From the NCBI RefSeq assembly GCF_009914755.1, contig NC_060942.1: a stretch of 64,000 bases of DNA; one strand, 5' to 3'. The position numbers and the translations under genes were made by a program. A model generated the notes under the pieces. That model ran no database searches. It was not told the DNA's origin and worked only from the letters and a program-made list of their open reading frames with translations. Position 1 is the first letter of the stretch. Each line of letters begins with the position of its first letter. This stretch comes from the human T2T-CHM13v2.0 reference genome, Homo sapiens. Below are positions 54,601 to 64,000 of this stretch, piece by piece.

Positions 54601-56057
54601 TTTCTATTGTCTTATTGCTGTGGCTAGGACTTCCAGTACTATGTTGAACAAAAGTGGTGAAACTGGGCATCATTGTCTTGTTCCAGTTCTCGAGAGGAAT
54701 GTTTTCAACTTTTCCCCATTCAGTATAATACTTGCTGTGGGTTTGTCATAGATGGGTTTTATTACTTTGAGGTATGTCCCTTCTGTGCCAAAAGTGATAC
54801 TGGACTTTGTTAAATGCTTTTTCTGCATCTATTGAAATGATCACATAATTTTCATTTTTAATTCTATGTGATGTATCACATTTATTGACTTGCATATGTT
54901 AAACCATCCCTGCATCCTTGGTATGAAACCCACTTGATCATGGTGTATTATCTTTTTGATATGCTGTTGGACTAGCTAGTATTTTGCTGAATATTTTTCA
55001 TCTATGTCCATCATAGGTATCACACTGTAGTTTTCTTTTTTGTTATGTCCTTTCCTCGTTTTGGTAGTAGGGTGATACTGGCTTCATAGAATGATTTCGG
55101 GAGCAGTCCCTCTTTCTCTGTCTTTTGTAATAGTTTCAGTAGAATTGGTACCAATTCTTCTTTAAATGTCTGAAAGATTTCAGCTTTGAACCCATCTGGT
55201 CCTGGGCTTTATTTTGTTGTTGGCAATTTATTACTCTTTCAATCTCACTACTTTTTATTGGTCCGTACAGTTTCTATTTCTTCCTGATTTAATCTATGAG
55301 GGTTGTATGAATATATTTTCAGGAATTTATTTATCTCCTGTAGATTTTTCTGGTTTGTGTTCACAGTAGCCTTGAATAATCTTTTGTATTTTTGTGATAT
55401 CATTGTAATATCTCTCATTTCATTTCCAGCTGAACTTATTTGAGTCTTCTCTCATCTTTTCTTGGCTAATGTTACTAAGAGTCTATCGATTTTGTTTATC
55501 TTTTTTGTTTTATTGGGTTTTTTTGTTTTTTGTTGGTCTTTTTAGTTTCAATTTCATTTAGTTCTGCTCTGATCTTTGTTACTTCTTTTCTTCTGCTGGG
55601 TTTGGATTTGGTTTGTTCTTGTTTCTCTAGCACCCTGAGGTGTGACCTTAGATTGTCTCTTTGTGCTCTTTCAGATTTTGTGATGTAGGCACTTAATGCC
55701 ACATCACAAAGCTCTTAGCTTTCTTCCTAGCACCCCTTCTGCCATATCCCAGAGATTTTGATAAGTTGTATCACTATTATCATTCGGTTCTAATAATTTT
55801 TTAATTTCCATCTTGATTTTAGTGTTGACCCAAAGATCAATCTAAGAATAGATTATTTAATTTCCATGTATCTGTATAGTTTTGAAGGTTCCTTTTGGAG
55901 TTAATTTCCAGATTTATTCCACTGTAGTCTGATAAGATACTTGATATTATTTAGATTTTCTTAATTTTATTGAGACTTATTTTATGGCCTATCATATGGT
56001 CTACCTTGGAGAATTTCCCATGTGCTGATGAAAAGAATGAACATTCTGCAGTTGTTG
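51662..56057 (-). mobile_element. L1PB1-like 5'-truncated LINE with an embedded L1PA8-like 3' segment; (TA/TG/CA)n at 52035-52135
   Basis: L1PB 3'UTR (ggataagttcttcagtggtgacttctgaga...ggtgcacccatcacc); antisense ORF2 continuous to ~56057. Confidence 0.9.
52594..53600 (-). mobile_element. L1PA8-like 3' segment
   Basis: Second poly-T tail then gtgcaggtttgttacataggtatacatgtgccatggtggtttgctgcacctatcaacccatcacctaggtattaagccc. Confidence 0.85.
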
Positions 56058-56309
56058 CATTCTACTAAGAATTTATTTGCCAGAATTCTCTTCATAACTC
56101 AAATCTTCTAAGTTTTATATCATGTATTTAAATAATGTACTTTTCCATTAGCAACAATAACAAAAATCAACTGAATTGGAAATAAAATAGCCTAATGACG
56201 ATTGGAGAAATCAGCAGGGAATGGTATAAAGAGGGAAAGTCTCAGTTGAGCACCTACATGAAATGATTCCAGGCACTTCAATTTTAAACATCACAGATAC
56301 GTAACTATA

Positions 56310-56432
56310 ATTTTTCAGGGTTTAGAAATAAGGAAACTGGGGATCAAGAAGATTAGGTAACATGCCCCAAAGTAGTTAATAAATGTAGAGCTATGGCATT
56401 CAAAGTCAGGACTCGCTGATTTCAAGCCCTCT
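56310..56432 (-). mobile_element. MIR fragment
   Basis: aataaggaaactgggg...taacatgccccaaag...tagagctatggcattcaaa. Confidence 0.65.
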
Positions 56433-57085
56433 GAGATGACTAAATAAATGTTGTAATCCTTTTGTATAGTCCTATAGTGGGGTGCCAGAACCTTCTCCAT
56501 CAACAGCTGTTGTGTACCTATTGTGGGCTACTGCCCTGCCTGGAGAACTACACTTCTGAGTTGTCACATCACCAGATCCCCCACAAAGGCACCCCACAAC
56601 CAGCTTTGGCTCTGGCAACCACAGGAGACCACTGGGTCCCTAGGAAGCTATGGGTTCCCTGGAGATCTATCCTTCTGAGCAGGCTTCTCCTAGAGAAGGA
56701 GGTCCCAGCCCACCAAACACTTCCTTGGGAGAAATGAAATGCAGGCATGGTGCCAATCATTGAGGGAGGTGGCATTGGCTGCTGGGAACAGACATGGAGT
56801 GGGGGTATCTTCTGCTCCCACTGCCTACTGTTGTGGATGCAGCAGAGGCTCTCCCTACCGGAGGCCAGCGTGTGTGCACACAGAGAAAGCCTTCCAGTGC
56901 TTAATGTAGTGGCTGCATTCCCGTTTTACATGAGCCTGCACCTCATGGGCTTCCATGAAGGGCAAAGCCCATCTACCCCTCCTTACACACAGTGTCACCA
57001 TCAGAGGAATGGAGGGCAGACACATCGCAGTGTTGCCTGCTCTGGACTGGGGGAAGAGGCTCTGCATTAAGCCTATTCTTGTAAT

Positions 57086-57566
57086 GTACACATATGTTGA
57101 CTGCAGCACTATTCACAATAACGAAGACATGGAATCAACCTAAATGCCCATTAATGATAGACTGGATAAAGAAAACGTCATACATACACACCATGGAATA
57201 CTATGAAGCCATAAAAAGGAATGAGATCATGTCTTTTGCAGGGACATGGATGGAATTGGAAGCCATTATCCTCCTCAAACTAATGCAGGAACACAAAACC
57301 AAACACAGCATGTGTTTACTTATAAGTGGGAGCTGAATGACGAGATCACACAGATACATGGGATTAAAAACAGCACACACTGGTGCCTGTCAGAGGGGGC
57401 TGGGGGAGGGAGAGCATCAGGAAGAATAGCTAAAGTATGCTGGGCTTAATGCTTAGTTTAGGGGATGATCTGTGCAGCAAACCACCATGGCACACCTTTA
57501 CCTATGAAACAAACCTGCACATTCTGCACATGTACCCCTAAACTTAAAATAGAAGTTGAAAAAAAA
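57086..57566 (+). mobile_element. L1PA10-13-like 3' end inserted in the 5'UTR of the older L1
   Basis: gcagcactattcacaata...agcatcaggaagaatagctaa...ctgcacatgtacccctaaacttaaaata plus A-tail. Confidence 0.88.
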
Positions 57567-59554
57567 TCTGCTGTCATAAAAGCATAGTGCTAGTGTTCAA
57601 GATAAGCTTCTTGAAACCTTTGCATTCTCAGCCCTGCAGGACATAATGTGTCAGCTCATACATCCAATACATCACTACAACAAGCAGCATTTGAGAAAGC
57701 CACTGCACAAAAGCCATCTACAAGCAAAGAACACATATAGAGCCTTGGTTTCCTGAAAACATCGAGAAACGAAGCCAACCAAGCAAACATAATACACATC
57801 ACAGTTGTACCATCTAGGAAAAAAAGAATAAAAATGTAAAATTCCCATCCAAATGATAGCAAAATCAAAAATAAGCAGCAGTTTCTTAGATGAGAAGGAA
57901 TGAGTACGAGCTTCCCGGCAGTACAAAAAGGCAAAATATTTCTACACCTACAAAGAACTTCACTAGCTCTCTAGCAGTGGATCTGAACCAAAATAAAAAT
58001 TCTGAAATGACAGATAAATAATTCAAAATATAGATTGCAAAGAAACTCAGTAATATCTAAGAGACAGTTGAAAAACAATACATACACACACACACACACA
58101 AGAAAAAAAGACTTCGGATATAAAAGATGAAATAGATATATTTTTAACAAACTGGAACTTCTGGAATTGAAAGATTGACCAAATAAATTTCAAAAAGTTG
58201 AAAGCTTTAAAAATTGACTAGACAAAGCAGAGGAAATAAGTTTAGAGCCTGAAGACCAGTCTTTCAAATTAATCCAGTTGGAAAAAAAAATACATTTAAA
58301 AATGAACAAGTCCTCTGAAAAATATGGCATTATGTAAAGTGACCAAATGCTTAACTTATAGGCATTTCTGGGAGAGAAAAAGAAAAAGATAGCAACTTGG
58401 AAAACATATTTGAGGGAATAATTCAGGAAAATTTTCCTAATTTTGCTTCTAAGGTGGAAACAAGAAATTAGAGAATATCCGTGAAATACTATAAAAGATG
58501 AACATCACCAAGGTATATATTCATCAGACTATCCAAGGTCAATGCTAAAGAAAACTATCTTAAAGACAGCTAGAGGAAAGGGCCAAATCACCTATAAAGG
58601 TAAACTCATCAGACTAATAGAAGACTTCTCAGCAGAAACATTACAAGTTAGAAGATTTAGCCTTCTTAAAGTAAAAAAAAAAAAAAAAAACCAGCCAAGA
58701 ATTTTATATCCTGCCAAAATAAGTTTCATAAATGAAGGTGAAATATTGTCTTTCCCAGACAAGCAAGCACTAAGGGAAGCACCAGACCAGACCTGCAAGA
58801 AATGCTCAGAGGAGTTTTAAACACGGAAATGAAAGGTAATACTTGCTGTCATAAAAGCATGTGTACAAACTACAAAGTACAAAGTTCCAATCTATAATGC
58901 AATTACACAATTCAGACTCAAAACAACTAGCTAAGAAAAGCATGACAGGGGTGAAACCTTACATATCAATATTAACCTTGAATGTAAATGGCCTAAATTC
59001 TCCACTTAAAAGATATAGATTGGAAAATTGTTTAAAAACAAAAAGAAAACAAGACCCAACCATCTGTTCCCTCTCAGAAACCCACCTAATGAGTAATGAC
59101 ACCCCAGACTCAAAGTAAAGGGATAGAGAAAGACATATCACACAAATCGAAAATAGAAAATAGTAGGGCCAGCTATTCTTGTATCAGAAAAAAAAAAAAG
59201 ACCTTAAATCAATCATGGTAAAAAATAAATACATTCGTACATACATACATACATACAAAGAAGGGCATTATATGACAAAGGGTTCAACAAAAAGATTTAA
59301 TGATCATAAATATACATTTACCCACCACTGAAGCATCCAGATTTATAAAACTAACAATACTGAACATAAGAGATAGATAGCCATACAATAATAGTGGGCT
59401 ATTTCAACATCTCATTGATAGCATTAGATAGATCATCAAGGCATAAAACAAACAAAGAAATCCGGACTTAAATTGGAGTCTTGACCAAATAGACCTAATA
59501 GACATCTACAGAACATTCCACACAACAACCACAGAGTATGCATTCTTATAAGAC

Positions 59555-59951
59555 ATGTACTGCTGGATTTGGGTTGCTAGTATTTTGTTGAGAAATTTTG
59601 TGCCTATTTTCATCAGGGATATTGACCTGTAATTTTCTTTTTTGTTGTGTCCTTGCCAGATTTTGGTATCAGGATGAAAGTAGCTGGGCCTGGTGGGTCA
59701 TGTCTGTACTCCCATCACTTTCAGAGGCCAAGTTGAGAGGATGGCTTGAGCACAGGAGTTCAAGAAACACAGACTGGGCAACATTCAGACCTTGGATAGT
59801 TTCATGACTATATACCTTGGTGATGTTCATCTTTTATAATATTTCACAGGTGTTCTCTAATTTCTTGTTCTGGATGTCTACCTAGATAGCAAAATTAGGT
59901 AGATTTTCCTGAATATCCCTATCCTTCAGAAAGAAGAAGAGCTGGTACTGG
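59555..59951. other. Complex templated insertion inside L1 ORF2 (two inverted local copies plus one short direct patch)
   Basis: 59555-59784 is the reverse complement of ~61293-61512; 59788-59920 is the reverse complement of ~58413-58540; 59937-59948 matches 61164-61175. Confidence 0.85.
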
Positions 59952-60560
59952 CATGGGACATTCTTGAAAAGTGACCATATGTTTGGTCACAAAGCAAGTC
60001 TCAATAAATTCAAAAAAATCAAAATCATATCAAGTATACTCTTGGACCATAGTCCAAGTGGTCCAAGTATCATATCAGGTATACTCTTGGACCTTTTGCA
60101 ATAAAATTAGACATTAATGTCAAGAAGAATTCTCAAAACCACACAAATACATGGAAACTAAATAACTTGCTCCTGAATGACTTTTGGGGAAACAACAGAA
60201 TTAAGGCAGACATTTAAAAATTTTTGGAACAAGTGAAAATAGATACACAACACACCAAAACTTCAGCAAACAGCAAAAGCACTGTTAAGAGGAATGTTTA
60301 TAGCACTAAAATCCTACATCAGAAAGATTAAAAAGATATCAAATTAACAACTTAATATCACACATCAAGAAACTAGAAAAACAAGAACAAACCAAACCAG
60401 TGTTAGCAGAAGTAAAGAAATAACAAAAATTAGAGCTAAACTAAATGAAATTGAGATCAAAAAAATTCAAACAAAGAATAAATGAAACAAAAAGTTGGTT
60501 CTTGGAAAGGATAAACAAAATTGACAGACTGCTAGATAGATTAATCAAGAGAGAAGGGAA

Positions 60561-60975
<415 letters not shown>

Positions 60976-61249
60976 CTAGAAAACCTAGAGGAAATGGATA
61001 AATTCCTGTAAACATACAACTTGTCAAGATTAAACCAGGAAGAAAGCGAAATCCTGAACAGGGCAATAATGAATTATGAAATTGAAGCAATTAAAAAAAC
61101 TCCCAACCCTAAAAACAAGCCCAGCACCAGACAGATTCACAGCTGACTTCTACCAGAGGTACAAAGAGCTGGTACCAATCTTACTGAAACTATTCTAAAA
61201 AAATAGAGGGGAAGAGATATCTCCCTCATTCTATGAAAGCATTCCATTC

Positions 61250-61395
61250 TTTTGTATTTATTTTTATTTTTTTGCAGAGATGGAGTCTTGCTATGTGGCC
61301 CAGGATATGTTGCTTGAACTCCTGAACTCAAGCCATCCTCTCACCTTGGCCTCCAAAAGTGCTGGGATTACACGTGTGAGCTACTATGCCTGGCC
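61250..61395 (-). mobile_element. Alu left-monomer (FLAM/AluJ-like) in L1 ORF2
   Basis: Poly-T tail then agagatggagtcttgctatg...gctgggattacacgtgtgagctactatgcctggcc. Confidence 0.88.
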
Positions 61396-64000
61396 ACTTT
61401 AATCTCTATACCAAAATCTGGCAATGACACAACAAAAAAATAAAAACTGTAGGTTAATATCTCTGATGAACATAGACAGAAAATCCTCAACAAAATACTA
61501 CCAGCAGCACATCAAAAAGATAATTCATCACAATCAAGTGGATTTTATTCCAGGGATGCAAGGATGGTTAAACATATGCAAATCAATAAATGTGATTCAC
61601 CACATAAACATAATTTAAAACAAAAAACATATGATCATCTCAATAGATACAGAAAAAAGCATTTGATAAAATCCAACACCCCATATGATAAAAATCCTAA
61701 ACAAACTAGGCATCAAAGGAACATAGCTAAAGTAATAAATGCTGCATGTAACAAACCCACAGCCAATATCTTACTGAAAGAGGAGAAGTTGAAAGCATTT
61801 TCCCTAAGAACTGGAACACGACTAGGATGTCCACCCCAACCACTCCTATCCAGTGTAACACTAGAAGTCTTAGCAAAAGCAATTACCTACAAGAAAGAAA
61901 GAAACGGCATTCAAAGTAGCAAAGAGGAAGTTAATTATCTCTGTTCGCTGATGACATGATCTTACAATTAGAAAACCCTAAAGATTCCTCCAAGAGGCTC
62001 TAGACCTGATAAATGACATCAGGAAATGTTTCAAGATACAAAGTTAATGCAAAAAAAAAATTCAATTGCACTCCTAAACACCAACAACAAACACTAAAGC
62101 TGAGAACCATATCAATAACTTAACCTCATTTATGAGAGCCGTAAGGAAATTCCTAAAAATACACGTATAGAAGAAGTGAATGACCTCTCCAAGGAAACTG
62201 TTAAACACTGATGAATGAAATAACAGATTACACAAACCAATGGAAAAACATTTCATATTCATGAATAGGAAGAATCAATATTGTTAAAATGACCATACTG
62301 TCCACAGCAATCTACAGAATTAATGCAAGTCCTATTAAATTAATAATGTCATATTTCATCAAATCAAAATAATTCTAAAATTTGTATGAAGCCAAAAAGT
62401 CTGAGTAACCAAAGCAAGCCTAAACAAAAAGAATGAAGCTGGAGGCATCACTTTATCCCACCTCAAACTACACTACAAGGCTGGCATAACCAAAACAGCA
62501 CGGAACTGGTGCAAAAATAGACACACAGCTCAAGAGAACTGGATAGAGGGCCCAGAAATAAAGCCACATATCTACAAGCAACTGATCTTAGACAAAGATG
62601 ACAAAAAATAAGCAATAGGGAAAGTACACCCTATTCAATAAGTGGTGCTGTGAATACTGGCTAGCCATATGCAGAAGAAGGAAACTGGACCCCTATCTCT
62701 TACCATATACAACAATTAACTCAAGATGGATGCAGACTGAAAGCTAAGACCCCAAGCTGTAAAAATCCTAGAAGAAAACCTAGACAAACTCTCCTGGACA
62801 CTGGCCAAGGCAAATAATTTATGATTAAGACCTCAAAAGCGAATGCATTGTAAACTATAATTGACAAATAGAACCTAATTAAACTTAAGAGCTTCTGCAC
62901 AGCAAAAGAAACAATCAACAGAGTAACCAGACATCCTACAGAATGTAAGAAAAATTTGTAAAGTATGCATGTGACAAAAGACTAATATCTAGAATCTGTA
63001 AGGAACTTAAGCCAAGAAGAATAAACAACCCCATTAAAATGTGGAGAAAGGACATGAGCAGACACTTCTCTAAAGAAAACATACAAGCAGTCAACAAACA
63101 TATGAAAAAATGTTCAACATCACTAATAATCAGAGAAATGATAATTAAAATCCCATTGAGATACCATCTGACACCTGTCAGAATGACTATTATTAAAAAG
63201 TAAAAAGTTGAGAGATGGTAAGGATGCAGAGAAAACAAGATGCTTATACCCTGTTGATGGGAATGTAAATTAACTCAGCCACTATGGAAAACGATATGGA
63301 GATTTCTCAAAGAACTAAAAATAGAACTACTATTCAACTCAACAGTCCCACAACTGAGTATCTATCTAAAGGAAAAGAAACCATTTTATGGAAAAGCCAC
63401 CTGTGCTGTTATAACAGCACTATTCACAATAGCAAAGTCATGGAATCAACGTGTCAATCAATAGTTGACTGAATAAAGGAAATGTTTTACATATACATAT
63501 ATATATGTGGAATACTACATAGCCATAAAAATGAATGAAATCCTGTCTTTTGCAGCAACATGGATGGAGCTGGAGGCCATTATCCCAAGTGAAAAATTCA
63601 GAAACAGAAAATAAAATACCACATGTTCTCATTTATAAGTGGGAACCAAACAAGAGGTACGTATGGACATAAAGATGGAAATAATAGACATTGGGGACTC
63701 TGAAAGAGAGGAGGGTTGGGGTGCAGGGAAGGGTTTAAATACTACTTACTGGGTTCTATGTTCACTATGGGTGAGGAGTTCACTAGAAGCCAAAATCTCA
63801 GCATTAGGCAATATATCCATGTAACAAACCTGCATATATACCCCTAAATTTAAAATTGAACTAAATTAAATTTAAATAAAATACTTTTTTCAAAAATAAA
63901 AAGGACATGAAATTAATACCAGAAGTTATCTCCCTCATGACTCTATTATCGAGTCTAATTTTGACATGAATATCTCTACACACATTTGTTATCACTAGTC

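Overview
This is a 64 kb stretch of primate (human-like) non-coding nuclear DNA. It is AT-rich, CpG-depleted and mostly transposable-element relics: about 14 Alu/FLAM copies, many L1 generations, L2, MIR, MaLR LTRs (MST, MLT1), a MER9 (HML-3) solo LTR and MER20/MER5 DNA transposons. I found no credible intact protein-coding gene, RNA gene or CRISPR array. The listed ORFs are Alu/L1 decay products or chance ORFs, and I see no evidence of a new multi-gene biological system. The most interesting signals are structural. (1) There are three fossil template-switching scars: a ~395 bp three-patch templated insertion at 59.6-59.95 kb copied from 1.2 kb upstream and 1.7 kb downstream, a fold-back plus ~143 bp duplication at 27.9-28.3 kb, and a small fold-back duplication at 60.0 kb. 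(2) An L1PA8/L1PB chimera is fused in register. (3) An unexplained diverged ~145 bp direct repeat lies in unique DNA at 48.7 and 50.1 kb. (4) Repeat-free islands with enhancer-like motif clusters occur, best at 23.2-23.7 kb. Subfamily names come from my recall of consensus sequences and are approximate, as are the boundaries of old elements.
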